This document shows, in pieces, positions 46,180-58,910 of a stretch of 64,000 bases of DNA. The position numbers and the translations under genes were made by a program. Within the stretch, counting starts at the first letter, position 1. Each line of letters starts with the position of its first letter. The notes under the pieces are model-generated. The model made no database searches and had not been told where the DNA came from. It worked only from the letters and a program-made list of their open reading frames with translations. Origin of the DNA: an uncultured Methanomassiliicoccales archaeon (lineage in GTDB: Archaea > Thermoplasmatota > Thermoplasmata > Methanomassiliicoccales > UBA472); assembly GCA_963732855.1 (NCBI GenBank), contig CAVTBB010000003.1, forward strand, positions 285,790 to 349,789, in the 5' to 3' direction.

Positions 46180-47373
46180 TCACTTCCTCTTGATTATCTT
46201 GCGGATCGACACTGAGCGTTTCACTTCCGACCTCTTCTCTTCCTCAGGCTCCTTGTGCTCCCCCTCTTCGACGTGCTTCTCTTCCTCGACCGGCTCTGGC
46301 TCTTCCACCGGTTTCGGCGCTGGCTCCTCTTTCTTCGGTTCAGGTCGACGCATTTGCGTTTCCTTCTTCTTCGGAGCCTCGATCAGTACCCCGTCCTTGA
46401 GCTTCGCGTCGCATGCCCAGCAATGCTCTGACGTGGAATCGATGATGGTGCCGCAGTTCGGGCACTCGAACTCCTTCTTAACTTCCTCGACCGGCTCTTC
46501 CACCGGCACTTCTTCTTTGATCTCGGCCGCTGGTTCAGAAGCTGACTCCTCTTCCTCGGGCTCCTCGATGGGGGCCGGGATCGACTGCATGGCGGGAGGG
46601 TCCGCCTCGACGCCCGGATCCAGTTTGGCAGCGTTGTCCCCTTCCAGGATCTCTTCCGGTTTAGCAGCCTCGAAGACAGGTTCGGCCAGGACATTGGATT
46701 GGACCGGGGCATGGGCCGCTCGGCGGCCGTCCACCGCTTCCCTCATCGTGAGGGCTTTCTCCCGCTCCCCCAAGGTGCGCTCCCATTCCACGAAGCGCTT
46801 CTGCTCCTCTAATATCAGCTTCTTGCTATTTGCGAGCAGGTCACTCTGCTCTTCCACCACGTTGATCTTGGCCAGGAGCTCCTCTCGCTTGGCGGTTAGG
46901 GACTCGACCATCTTCTTCAGGTCCGACTCCTCGGATAGAAGGCGCTCTTCCACCTTGGCGATGCGGTCCCCGGAATCGCGCAGCCTCTTCTCGTAAGTGG
47001 CGGTCAGCTCGGTCAGCCGGAGCAGTTCCGCCTCCTGCTTGGTGATCTCCTCTTGACGCCTGTCCAGGTTCTCGCGGCCTGCCTGGATGTCGTCCTCCCT
47101 TCCCTGCAGGTCGATCTGGAGGTGCCCTAGCTCTTCCTGCAGCTTGGCCGTCTTGTGCTCCCTGGGGGTCAGCTCGCCCTCTCGCTTTTTGAGCTCGGAC
47201 TCTTTTGCCGCTAGAATGTCCGCCTTGTCCGCCAGGTCGCGCTCGTCTGAACGAAGTCTGGACTCCAGGACATCGAGGTCCTCCCGGCGTTTCTTTAGGT
47301 CCGCCTCTTGGGTCTTGATCTTATCCTTGAACTCCTCAATGACTTGCCAGATCGGTACTGAATCGTCAGCCAT
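46180..47373 (-). CDS. coiled-coil protein with a C-terminal zinc ribbon and acidic/basic tail
   Basis: 397 aa. Roughly aa 10-210 are heptad-like E/L/K/R-rich sequence. The Zn ribbon is CPNCGTIIDSTSEHCWACDAKL. Confidence 0.65.
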   Translation of the reverse strand: MADDSVPIWQVIEEFKDKIKTQEADLKKRREDLDVLESRLRSDERDLADKADILAAKESELKKREGELTPREHKTAKLQEELGHLQIDLQGREDDIQAGRENLDRRQEEITKQEAELLRLTELTATYEKRLRDSGDRIAKVEERLLSEESDLKKMVESLTAKREELLAKINVVEEQSDLLANSKKLILEEQKRFVEWERTLGEREKALTMREAVDGRRAAHAPVQSNVLAEPVFEAAKPEEILEGDNAAKLDPGVEADPPAMQSIPAPIEEPEEEESASEPAAEIKEEVPVEEPVEEVKKEFECPNCGTIIDSTSEHCWACDAKLKDGVLIEAPKKKETQMRRPEPKKEEPAPKPVEEPEPVEEEKHVEEGEHKEPEEEKRSEVKRSVSIRKIIKRK

Positions 47374-47435
47374 ATGTATCCCCTTCTTCCCTTCCGAGAA
47401 TGGAAAGTATTAATATTGTCTCCATATCAATTTTT

Positions 47436-48137
47436 CTAGGCCAACGTTGGTCCTAGGATCGTCAGCCCGTGGTCGCCGACCTCCATGGTGTGGCGTTCCA
47501 TCGAATGCTCCGTTGCCCTCATCTTCTCCACGCGCATGTAACGCACCAGCTTCCCGCGGGTACGGTCAAGACCGAGCTCGATTATGCCATCCACCAGGAA
47601 ACCTTCGTTGCCGAGCAGATCGGACGGTGTCCCGGTGTTACGCTCCATGACGATGAACGACATGAGGTTGTAGTCACGCAGCGTCTTGAAGAAGTAGAAC
47701 ATCTTCTTGCGCATGCCCTTGACGTCATCCATCAGCGAATACAATGCCCCGAGCGAGTCCAGGCTGAAGACGGTGAACCGGTCCCCGTGCTTCTTCTTGT
47801 AGTATCCGATGGTCTGGATGATGAATTGCAGATAGTCGGTCGGTGAATCGACCTCGACGATCTCGTCCAGCTCGCGCAGGTCGGTGAAGTCCGATATCTC
47901 CAGGTTCGACGTGAGCTTGAGGTTCAGGGACCTCATGTTCCTTATGTGGCTGTCCGCCGTCTCTTCCAAAGTGATGTATAGGCCGAACTCGCCCGTCTTG
48001 TCCAGATAGGAGGACATCATTGAGTAGCAGAAAGAGGTCTTCATCGAGCCTGGGGGTCCGGTGATCAGCACTACTTTCGGGACCTCGATGTCCGTCCTGA
48101 ATACCTTGTCTAATCCTTGTATGGAATTCCTGAACAC
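47436..48137 (-). CDS. KaiC/RecA-superfamily ATPase (single domain, ArlH/FlaH-sized)
   Basis: 233 aa with Walker A GPPGSMKTS and Walker B-like FTVFSLDSLGAL. Confidence 0.65.
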   Translation of the reverse strand: MFRNSIQGLDKVFRTDIEVPKVVLITGPPGSMKTSFCYSMMSSYLDKTGEFGLYITLEETADSHIRNMRSLNLKLTSNLEISDFTDLRELDEIVEVDSPTDYLQFIIQTIGYYKKKHGDRFTVFSLDSLGALYSLMDDVKGMRKKMFYFFKTLRDYNLMSFIVMERNTGTPSDLLGNEGFLVDGIIELGLDRTRGKLVRYMRVEKMRATEHSMERHTMEVGDHGLTILGPTLA

Positions 48138-48250
48138 TTTATCGACCGCCCGGATTCGACTATTTTATCGGCGGTCAGGTAATAAACCTTTTCCAACTGG
48201 GCCTCGGAGTTGATAATTTGACCGATGGTCGCGATCGAGACTGCTGGCTG

Positions 48251-48285
48251 AATAAAAAATATGAAGGGGAACGGGGTTTGCCCCG
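48251..48285 (-). terminator. hairpin plus oligo-T after gyrA
   Basis: On the minus strand after the TAG stop: CGGGGcaaaCCCCG, then TTCCCCTTCATATTTTTTATTC. Confidence 0.5.
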
Positions 48286-48296
48286 GTCGAAGGCCC

Positions 48297-51200
48297 CTAC
48301 TCTTCCCCTTCCTCGCCGCCCTCGACCCGGAGCGAGTCACCCTTTGCCTCGGTCTCTTCCACCATGCGCTCCTCGCCCCTGCCGATCAGGCGTGCCACGG
48401 CGATGACCTTCTCGCCCTCCTCCAGGCGCTTGGCCCGAACGCCCATGGTCACCCGGCCTAAGACACGGAAGTCCGACGCCGGGAAGCGGATGATGTTTCC
48501 CTTGTTGCTGGCCAGGATGATCTCGTCCTCTTCGGACACCTCGAGAACCGCCAGAACCTTGCCGTTGCGTTCGCAGACCTTGATGGCTTTGACGCCTTTG
48601 CCGCCGCGGCGGGTCTTGCGGTACTCGTCACGCGGCTCGGCGCCGGGGATCTCCTCCTCGCAGGCCTCTTCGGTCTCCTCGGGTTCCTCGATCTCCTCTT
48701 CCGCCAGCTCTTCCGACTCCGCCTGGCCCTCGGTCCCGGCCTCTTCCGTCACACCGCGCTTGCCGACGATGGATATCTTTCCGAATCCGTTCTCCGTGAT
48801 CGTCAGCAGCTTGGCGTCCTGTGTGACGATGGCCATGCTGACGACGCGATCGCCCTCGCCCAGCCTGATGCCGCGGACGCCATGCGCTGGGCGGCCCATC
48901 GGCCTCACATCCTTCTCGTTGAAGCGTATCGCCCTGCCGTTCGCTGTCGCCAGGATGATCTCCTTGGTTCCGTCGGTCAGCTTGGTGTCGACCAGCTCAT
49001 CGCCCTCTTCGAGACCGACCGCAATTATGCCGCTGGAGCGGACGTTCACGTAAGCTTCCAGCGGGGTCTTCTTGATCGTTCCCTTCTTGGTCGCGAAGAC
49101 GAGATAGTTGTCGCCGCCGATCTCCTTCACCGGCAACGTCTTCACCACCTTTTCACCCTCTTCCAGCTTCGGCAGGAGGTTGACGATCGGCTTCCCCTTG
49201 GAATGGCGTCCACCGACCGGCAGCTGCCAGGCCTTGAGCACATAGACGCGGCCCAGGTTCGTTATGAACATCAACCGGTTGTGCGTCAGCGTGACGAACA
49301 TGTCGGTGACGTTGTCCTCCTCCTTGGTCTCCATGCCGATGAGGCCGATGCCGCCGCGTCTCTGCTGCTTGTAGGTGTCCAGAGGTATCCGCTTGATGTA
49401 TCCGTCGGACGTCCCCATGACCACCATATCCTCGTTCGGGATCAGGTCCTCGATGTCGAAATCCAACGCGTTCGCGACGATCTCGGTCTTCCTCTCGTCG
49501 CCGTACTTCTCACGCATTTCGAGCTCCTCGCTCTTGACGATGCCGACTATCCTCTCTCTCGATGCCAGAATCGCCTCGAGTTCGCGCACCAGCTTCTCGA
49601 TCTCCATGTACTCGGCGCGGAGGGCCACCAGTTCCAACCCGGTGAGCTTCCTTAACGTGAGGTCGAGGATGGCCTTTGCCTGTTCTTCGTCTATGACCAG
49701 GAATTCTATGAGACCGAGCCTCGCCTCCTCCGGCGAACCGGCCGCCCGGATGATGCGGATGGTCTCATCCAGCAAGTCCACTGCCTTGATCAGCCCTTGC
49801 AGGATGTGGTCCCGCTTCTGAGCCTGCCTGAGCTCGAACTGGGTCCTGCGCGTCACGACGCTGACCCGATAGTCTAGGAAGTGCTGCATCATCTCCTTGA
49901 GGGTGAGCACCTTGGGCTGGTTGTCAACCAGGGCGATGTTGATGACACCGAATGTTACTTCCATCTGGGTATGCTTGAAAAGCTGGTTGAGGATGACCTC
50001 CTCCATGACGTCCTTGCGCAGCTCGATGACTATCCTCATGCCGTCTCGGTCGGACTCATCACGCAGGTCGGTGATGCCTTCGATCTTCTTGTCCTTGACA
50101 AGTTCGGCGATGGCCTCGATCAGGGTCGCTTTGTTGACCTGGTACGGGATCTCGTTGACGATGATGCGCTGCCTGCCCTCGACCTCTTCCTTGATCGTCC
50201 GGGCGCGCACCTTGATCTTGCCGCGGCCGGTCTGGTATGCCTCGACGATCCCATTGATGCCGTAGATGATGCCACCGGTCGGGAAATCCGGGCCTTTGAT
50301 GAACTGCATCAGGTCGGAAACTTCTGCCTCCGGGTGGTCGGCCAGATAGATAATGGCATCGATGACCTCGCGCAGGTTGTGCGGCGGTATGTTGGTCGCC
50401 ATTCCGACCGCGATACCGGATGAGCCGTTGACCAACAGGTTCGGCAGCTTTGATGGTAGGACGGACGGCTCTTTCAAAGAACCATCGAAATTGTCGACCC
50501 AGTCGACCGTTTCCTTGTCCAGGTCGGCCAGCATCTCCTCGGCCGTCTTCTGCAGACGGCATTCGGTGTACCTCATGGCTGCAGCTGAGTCACCATCAAC
50601 CGAACCGAAGTTACCCTGGCCATCGACGAGCGGGTAACGGAGCGAGAACGTCTGGGCCATGCGGACCATCGAGTCGTAGACAGCTGTATCTCCGTGCGGG
50701 TGATATTTCCCAAGACAATTGTGTGCCAGTATACCATTTGCTACAAACTCGTGAGCGCCCGCGACCTGCATATCGTATGTTTTCTGTTTCGGAGCTGCTT
50801 CCGTCCTTTCGACCTTTTGGAAATAGAGATTCTTTTCCAGCATCTCGTCTAGAACTGGAGCGAGGTCCGAGCCGATTCTCTGCAGCTTTGATTGGATGCC
50901 CCAATCCACTATCTGGGTGCGCCCGAGGTTTGTGTCCTTAAGGTTGGAAGAGTACCTGATCTTCGTTCCGTCGGGGAACTTGATTCCGGCACGGAACTTG
51001 CTGCCCTCCGTGTCCTCGTACCATCCGCTGCCAATGTGGCATCTGGATAATTCGGAGAATACCGCATTGGCGGCAAATGGTATCTGGTCGAACATGACCA
51101 CTTTTTGTTCTGAAACCGCGATCCTTTCCAGCCGCTCTCTCTTCTCATCGCATGCTAGGTTCAACAGACCGCTCAGAACCTTCGAGTATCTCCCACTAGC

Positions 51201-52451
51201 CTCCAGTGCATAGAACTTGTGGTTCAGTCTTGTGTAGCGATCGTCGATTGTATGGTAATCATTGCTCTCTGGCAGAGTATGATACCGCTTGAGCATGACC
51301 CCTAGGTGCTGCGATATTATCTGGATGCCTTCGGCGAGGGCCGATGAAACTGTTCCATAATTGACCATCGAACGGTTCGTGTGTATCGATCCATCGCCAT
51401 CGATCAGTCCCGAGAGAAGTGCACTTAGCACATTCTTAGGTGATTGATAGAACTGCTCCGGGATCCTCTTGGTTGGAGCCTTCCACGACGAATCGATACC
51501 AAAAGTCTGAGCCAGATAGACATTCAGAGTCTTGCAATTTACACGTATTTGGAAAGCGGTCCCGACGTATCCCGGACCATTCGTGTGCACCGCGTTGTAC
51601 GTTTTCGCCTCTATGGTGGCATCATAGCCGAAAGCCCTATCAAGAGCGTCTCTTACCCTCTCAACAACGCCATCTGACGTTGAGTAGAAATTAAAACGCC
51701 CAGCGCCACTGTAGTTTGCCTCGTACCATCCATCTGAAAGGAACTGACCAATGAGATAGGCAATGTCCTCATCCAAAAAGATCGTCCTGCCCTCATAGTC
51801 GGGAAGTCTTACCGGGGAAAGATCATCTGGATAGGCCATCCGCATTACCACATGATCCTCAGCGGTAAGTTCACTTGCTGCCTTCCATTCATATTGCAAT
51901 GAACGGTTGATGACCTTTATCGGCTGGGATGGAGTGGCTGTAACCGTAACGCCACTTTCGAGAGTTATCTTGACGAGTTCCTTTTCAGGCATCTCGTAAA
52001 GCTCAGTGACCGGGCACTTTCCTGACTGGGTATAGACCAGATCACCGATATTCACATTCTCGATCGGGATCAGACCCCTCTCTGTGAGAACTCGAGTACC
52101 GGGGACGAAGCATTCTCCAACGACCCTGGCGCTCTTCTTTGGAGCGGATTTTGAGGTTATCCCCAGGTCGTTCATGGCGTAGAGGATCCTGCGATGCACC
52201 GGCTTCAGACCGTCGCGCACATCCGGCAGCGCCCTGCCGACGATGACGCTCATGGCATAGTCGATGTAGCACTTCTTCATCTCGATCTCGATCGATTTCG
52301 GGACCACCTGGAAGCCCGCGTTCTTATCCTCGGGAACCAACAGAGCCGACGCAGGTTCGACCTGTGCTGGCACTGGCGTGATCTGCTCTTCCTCCTTCTC
52401 CGGCTCGATCTGTTCGGCGGGCTTGTTGTTCTGTTCTTCGTTGTCTGCCAT
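48297..52451 (-). CDS. gyrA: DNA gyrase subunit A, intein-containing
   Basis: 1384 aa. Extein motifs include [24 protein letters not shown] and AAMRYTE (the catalytic Tyr), plus a GyrA-box [11 protein letters not shown] 465-aa insertion is present. Confidence 0.95.
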   Translation of the reverse strand: MADNEEQNNKPAEQIEPEKEEEQITPVPAQVEPASALLVPEDKNAGFQVVPKSIEIEMKKCYIDYAMSVIVGRALPDVRDGLKPVHRRILYAMNDLGITSKSAPKKSARVVGECFVPGTRVLTERGLIPIENVNIGDLVYTQSGKCPVTELYEMPEKELVKITLESGVTVTATPSQPIKVINRSLQYEWKAASELTAEDHVVMRMAYPDDLSPVRLPDYEGRTIFLDEDIAYLIGQFLSDGWYEANYSGAGRFNFYSTSDGVVERVRDALDRAFGYDATIEAKTYNAVHTNGPGYVGTAFQIRVNCKTLNVYLAQTFGIDSSWKAPTKRIPEQFYQSPKNVLSALLSGLIDGDGSIHTNRSMVNYGTVSSALAEGIQIISQHLGVMLKRYHTLPESNDYHTIDDRYTRLNHKFYALEASGRYSKVLSGLLNLACDEKRERLERIAVSEQKVVMFDQIPFAANAVFSELSRCHIGSGWYEDTEGSKFRAGIKFPDGTKIRYSSNLKDTNLGRTQIVDWGIQSKLQRIGSDLAPVLDEMLEKNLYFQKVERTEAAPKQKTYDMQVAGAHEFVANGILAHNCLGKYHPHGDTAVYDSMVRMAQTFSLRYPLVDGQGNFGSVDGDSAAAMRYTECRLQKTAEEMLADLDKETVDWVDNFDGSLKEPSVLPSKLPNLLVNGSSGIAVGMATNIPPHNLREVIDAIIYLADHPEAEVSDLMQFIKGPDFPTGGIIYGINGIVEAYQTGRGKIKVRARTIKEEVEGRQRIIVNEIPYQVNKATLIEAIAELVKDKKIEGITDLRDESDRDGMRIVIELRKDVMEEVILNQLFKHTQMEVTFGVINIALVDNQPKVLTLKEMMQHFLDYRVSVVTRRTQFELRQAQKRDHILQGLIKAVDLLDETIRIIRAAGSPEEARLGLIEFLVIDEEQAKAILDLTLRKLTGLELVALRAEYMEIEKLVRELEAILASRERIVGIVKSEELEMREKYGDERKTEIVANALDFDIEDLIPNEDMVVMGTSDGYIKRIPLDTYKQQRRGGIGLIGMETKEEDNVTDMFVTLTHNRLMFITNLGRVYVLKAWQLPVGGRHSKGKPIVNLLPKLEEGEKVVKTLPVKEIGGDNYLVFATKKGTIKKTPLEAYVNVRSSGIIAVGLEEGDELVDTKLTDGTKEIILATANGRAIRFNEKDVRPMGRPAHGVRGIRLGEGDRVVSMAIVTQDAKLLTITENGFGKISIVGKRGVTEEAGTEGQAESEELAEEEIEEPEETEEACEEEIPGAEPRDEYRKTRRGGKGVKAIKVCERNGKVLAVLEVSEEDEIILASNKGNIIRFPASDFRVLGRVTMGVRAKRLEEGEKVIAVARLIGRGEERMVEETEAKGDSLRVEGGEEGEE
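50718..52112 (-). mobile_element. GyrA intein (465 aa) with a LAGLIDADG homing-endonuclease domain
   Basis: It begins CFVPGTRVL and ends GILAHN, followed by a +1 Cys. Excision would restore [17 protein letters not shown]. Two LAGLIDADG-type blocks are present ([11 protein letters not shown] and [11 protein letters not shown]). Confidence 0.9.
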
Positions 52452-52461
52452 TTAGCTCACC

Positions 52462-54936
<2,475 letters not shown>

Positions 54937-55164
54937 CTATCTCGACTACGATTCCGTGCACTGGGAAAGGTAGTCGTCTCCCATCCTTCTGTTATTTAAA
55001 ACATAATGGCATCGCGGTATTTAAACAATCGCCTCGTCTGGCTATGGTCAGAAAAATGGGTCTAGAATTGGCACGCTTTGGGGCATCGTTCCACACGGAT
55101 GAGGACGCCAGTTTGCGAAGAGTCCGGGGAAATGTCTTTTAGACCGGAGCGGGTTTGCCGGAAC

Positions 55165-56439
55165 ATGACGATCATGGAGGCTGCCACGGGCGGTCTGACC
55201 GAGGAGATCAGGGCGGTCGCCGCGAACGAAAGGATGGACCCAGAGAAGGTCAGAAGGCTCGTCGCCTCCGGCCGGGTGGTCATCCCGCTCAACCCGATAC
55301 ACGGTGCGGCAGCATGCGGCATCGGCGAAGGCCTCCGGGTCAAGGTGAACGTCAATCTCGGCACTTCAAGGGACATAGTGAACGTCGAAGAGGAGCTGGC
55401 CAAGGCCAAGCTTGCAGTCCGCTATGGCGCGGATGCGATCATGGACCTGAGCACCGGCGGGGATATCGACGCCATACGGCGCCGCATCATCAAGGAGACG
55501 CCGGTCCCGATCGGCACCGTCCCGATCTACCAGGAAGGGCTCCGCGCCGCCCGCCGGAGCGCGGTCGTGGATATGGACGAGGACGATATCTTCAACGGTA
55601 TCGAGAAGCACGCCAAGGACGGCGTGGACTTCATGACCGTCCATTGCGGGATCACCAGGCAGAGCGTGGATCGGTTGAAGCACTCCGACCGGATCACCGA
55701 CGTGGTCTCCCGTGGCGGGTCGTTCCTGGTGGCGTGGATCCTCCACAACGAAAAGGAGAACCCCCTCTATCAGAGGTTCGACTATCTGCTGGAGATGGCC
55801 AGGAAGTACGAGTTCGCTCTGTCATTGGGCGACGGCCTGCGGCCAGGATGCCTCCACGACGCAAGTGATGGCGCCCAGATATCCGAGCTCATCATCTTGG
55901 GAGAACTGGTCAAGCGGGCACGGAAGGCCGGCGTGCAGACCATGGTCGAGGGACCAGGCCACGTGCCGATGGACCAGATCGCGGCCAACGTCCGCATGCA
56001 GAAGACCATCTGTGACGGCGCCCCGTTCTACGTGCTGGGGCCGTTGGTCACCGACATTGCTCCCGGATACGATCACATAACGGGGGCGATAGGAGGGGCC
56101 ATCGCCGCGTTCAGCGGCGCCGACTTCCTATGCTATGTCACTCCCGCCGAACATCTTGGCCTGCCGGACCTGGACGATGTCAAGGAAGGGCTCATCGCCT
56201 CGAAGATTGCCGCCCACGCGGCCGATATCGCCCGGGGCATCGACACCGACAGGGACGACCGCATGGCCCGGGCCCGCAAAGCCTTGGACTGGGAAGGCAT
56301 GTTCACCGAATCCCTGGACCCGGAAAAGGCCCGCCGTTACCGGTCGCGGGGGAAGACCGAGCAGAAGGACGGTTGCTCGATGTGCGGCGATGTGTGCGCC
56401 ATGAAGATCGTGGGAGAATACCTGAAAAAGGACCTATGA
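55165..56439 (+). CDS. thiC: phosphomethylpyrimidine synthase ThiC
   Basis: Start placed at MTIMEAATGGLTEE. Motifs include DLSTGG, TVPIYQ, FMTVHCG and GPGHVPM. The C-terminal CSMCGDVCA is the radical-SAM cluster motif. Confidence 0.95.
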   Translation: MTIMEAATGGLTEEIRAVAANERMDPEKVRRLVASGRVVIPLNPIHGAAACGIGEGLRVKVNVNLGTSRDIVNVEEELAKAKLAVRYGADAIMDLSTGGDIDAIRRRIIKETPVPIGTVPIYQEGLRAARRSAVVDMDEDDIFNGIEKHAKDGVDFMTVHCGITRQSVDRLKHSDRITDVVSRGGSFLVAWILHNEKENPLYQRFDYLLEMARKYEFALSLGDGLRPGCLHDASDGAQISELIILGELVKRARKAGVQTMVEGPGHVPMDQIAANVRMQKTICDGAPFYVLGPLVTDIAPGYDHITGAIGGAIAAFSGADFLCYVTPAEHLGLPDLDDVKEGLIASKIAAHAADIARGIDTDRDDRMARARKALDWEGMFTESLDPEKARRYRSRGKTEQKDGCSMCGDVCAMKIVGEYLKKDL

Positions 56440-56450
56440 TCGGGAGAAGA

Positions 56451-56525
56451 TGGAGCCACCGAGGGGAATCGAACCCCCAACCTAGTGATTACGAATCACT
56501 CGCCCCGCCATTAGGCTACGGTGGC
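56451..56525 (-). tRNA. tRNA-Thr (anticodon CGU), CCA encoded
   Basis: Minus strand: GCCACCG-TA-GCCT-AATGGCG-GGGC-G-AGTGA-TTCGTAA-TCACT-AGGTT-GGGGG-TTCGATT-CCCCT-CGGTGGC-T-CCA. The cloverleaf folds fully by hand (75 nt). Confidence 0.9.
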
Positions 56526-56552
56526 ACTGGTTTCCCAACAAATGTTCCCATC

Positions 56553-56560
56553 ATTTAAAG
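56553..56560 (-). promoter_or_regulatory. putative archaeal TATA box for tRNA-Thr
   Basis: Minus strand AACCTTTAAATGATGG lies 26 nt upstream of tRNA position 1. Confidence 0.5.
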
Positions 56561-56678
56561 GTTTCTTAGAACCGCCAGATTTATTGCGACCCCTGAACTG
56601 ACATGTCCTCGTGTCCATGAGACTTCAACGCTTGGCAAAACGATTTAAGCGCTCCGGCTCATGTTTCCCTGATCTAAA

Positions 56679-57719
56679 TTGCTGCCTCAGTTCGGAATCT
56701 CGCCTGGCGTCCTGATCGAGCAGCGACGCGGTGGCCAATCGTCCCTCAAATCGCTCTTGGACAGGATGAAGGTCGAGCATTTCACCGGCTATCTGATCAC
56801 CGGGATGACGCTGGATGGAGATACCACGAACGGCGTCATCGCCGTCGAGGCGGGAAAGGCTGTTCTGGCCCTCTATGCCTTCAGGCCTTCTGGCAACAAC
56901 AGCGTGGAAATGATGTACCGGGGTGAAAGGGCGATCGAGTTCACCTGCGGTGATGCGCTGTGCCCCGAATCGCAGCTCGAACTGCATGCATTGAAGGACC
57001 TGAAGGAGGTCCGGAAGAACATCGGCGAGAGCAGGGACGGCGTCGACCTCCCCCGGTTCCTGGAGAACTTCTACCACGACCGGTTGGAGACCCCCGTTCA
57101 TCAGCCTGAGCCGACATCGCCGGAGAAGCCCCGCGACCTTTCGCCGCCGGCCCCCCGAAAGGATTCGCTCGATTCGATCAAGAACACGATCGTCCAATAC
57201 CACAAGAGGAATTCGGAGCGGAACGCCAGAAAGGGCGGATACCACGAGCTGGAGATAGACATCGTTGAAGGAGAGTCGTACCTGGTCGAGGAACAGAGCC
57301 GGGAGTTCTCCTACGGGATATTCGCTTCCATGGTCGAGGACGGCTATAAAGGGATCGGGATCACCCGGGTCAACCCCCGTCTGCTCCGGTCGAAGATCGA
57401 GGGAGCGAAGCCACGGATGCTTTGGCTGACAGACCACGAATCTGCCAGCGAGGAGACCATCCCACCGTCGCTGGAGAAGATCATGGTCGTCCTGGAGGAG
57501 TTCATCCTCAAGAACGAGATGAGCGTGGTCCTGGTCGATGACCTGCAGTACCTGATCAGCTGCAACACCTTCGAGGGCGCCGTCCGCTTCATCCGCAATC
57601 TGGTGGACAAGATATCGGAGCGTTCCGCGGTCTTCCTGCTTTCGGTGGACCCGAACTCCCTCAACGCCCAGGAGCGTTCGATCCTGGAACGGGAGATGCG
57701 CGTTATCCGCGACCGTTAA
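56679..57719 (+). CDS. DUF835-type protein (N-terminal small domain, linker and C-terminal DUF835-like domain)
   Basis: The C-terminal ~140 aa read GESYLVEEQSREFSYGIFASMVEDGYKGIGITRVNP...MLWLTD...VVLVDDLQYLI...FLLSVDPNSL. This matches the DUF835 pattern as I remember it. The start is uncertain: TTG 56679 or ATG 56766. Confidence 0.55.
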   Translation: MLPQFGISPGVLIEQRRGGQSSLKSLLDRMKVEHFTGYLITGMTLDGDTTNGVIAVEAGKAVLALYAFRPSGNNSVEMMYRGERAIEFTCGDALCPESQLELHALKDLKEVRKNIGESRDGVDLPRFLENFYHDRLETPVHQPEPTSPEKPRDLSPPAPRKDSLDSIKNTIVQYHKRNSERNARKGGYHELEIDIVEGESYLVEEQSREFSYGIFASMVEDGYKGIGITRVNPRLLRSKIEGAKPRMLWLTDHESASEETIPPSLEKIMVVLEEFILKNEMSVVLVDDLQYLISCNTFEGAVRFIRNLVDKISERSAVFLLSVDPNSLNAQERSILEREMRVIRDR

Positions 57720-57746
57720 GATGGTGATAAAAAAACAAGCGCACCA

Positions 57747-58823
57747 TCAGATGCGCTTCATCTCTGCCTTGAACTCAATCAGACGGTCCAGCGTCTCTTC
57801 GTACTTCTCGCGCTTCATCGCCATACCGGCGTCCTTGAGTATCTTGACCATGACCGAAACGTCCTTGCCGTCTGCCTTCGAATCAAGCAGTGTGCTCTTT
57901 GCCTTCCTCATCTCGCTCTTGAGCACTTCCGGCAACGTCTTCATGATGTCCTCGCGGCCCTTCCGTGAGAGAATCCCCATCATGCTCCAGTCACCACGTT
58001 CGCCTGCCTCCTGCGCCTCCTTGAGCAGGTTCCTGGCCTCTCTGACGTCGACGTAGAACCGTTCCGAGTTCTGCACCAGTTTTCCGAGCGACTCGCAGAT
58101 GTCGTGCGCCTCGATGTACTTCCCGGTGACCTTCTCGGCCGTCTTGCGGCCGTTCTTCGACTCGTCCAGCGCTGCCTGGAGCTCTCCCTGGGCCATCTTC
58201 TCCCGCATGTTCTTGATCGATTCGGACATCTCAGAGGTGTCGCCGCCCATGGACCTGGCCACTTCGATCAGCTTGTCCATATGCTCCACGTCGCGGGTGA
58301 GCCTTTCCTCGATCGCGAACCTCACCGTTGAGCGGCAATCCTTGACGCATTGCACTGCGGTGGCTATGTCCTTCTGCTTTCCGGCGCGCACAGCCTTGTC
58401 GATCAGGCGCCTGCATTCGGCGGTATCGATGTCGTGGTCCTTGGCCATCGCCATCAGCGGTTTGACCTCTGCGACGAGGATCGGGAACTGCTTCTTCAGC
58501 TCCTCGTTCTGTTCCGCCTCGATGCGGGCCAATTCTTTCTGGTTCTCCAGCTCTTTCTCCCGCTCCTTCTGTTCCTGCTTCGCCTGTTCCTCATCTTCGA
58601 TGACGACCTCGAACTTGGCGCCGCAGGACGGGCACTCCTCACTTTCGACTGGAATCATCTTGCCGCAATCGGGGCATTCTGATTCGGACACCTCTTCGAT
58701 GACGAACTCGACCCCGCACTTGGGGCATTTCGTTGCGTCTCCGGCGATGTGAGTGCCGCACTCTGGGCAGTCGAACTCAAACGATTCCTTTTCCTTCTCT
58801 TTAGATGAAGTCGAACTTGCCAT
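57747..58823 (-). CDS. double zinc-ribbon protein with a long alpha-helical C-terminal region
   Basis: Zn ribbons CPECG..CPKCG and CPDCG..CPSCG, then an E/K-rich helix and repeated helical segments. Total length is 358 aa. Confidence 0.6.
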   Translation of the reverse strand: MASSTSSKEKEKESFEFDCPECGTHIAGDATKCPKCGVEFVIEEVSESECPDCGKMIPVESEECPSCGAKFEVVIEDEEQAKQEQKEREKELENQKELARIEAEQNEELKKQFPILVAEVKPLMAMAKDHDIDTAECRRLIDKAVRAGKQKDIATAVQCVKDCRSTVRFAIEERLTRDVEHMDKLIEVARSMGGDTSEMSESIKNMREKMAQGELQAALDESKNGRKTAEKVTGKYIEAHDICESLGKLVQNSERFYVDVREARNLLKEAQEAGERGDWSMMGILSRKGREDIMKTLPEVLKSEMRKAKSTLLDSKADGKDVSVMVKILKDAGMAMKREKYEETLDRLIEFKAEMKRI

Positions 58824-58910
58824 CGAACCACGACTCGACTGCTATGACCTATCGGATTACCCTCAGGTTATTTATTGCTGTTCATCTGGTTGCTCAACAT
58901 GAGAACATGT

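Noticed and set aside
55027-55164. A TPP (THI-box) riboswitch in the ~110-140-nt leader upstream of thiC
   Set aside because: I looked for the conserved CUGAGA and ACCUGAUCUGGAUAAUGCCAGCG elements and found neither. Only weak resemblances are present (GGGGCA, GATGAGGA, CCAG..GCG). An Rfam scan (RF00059) would settle it. Alternative CCGG-based hairpins exist but are unconvincing.
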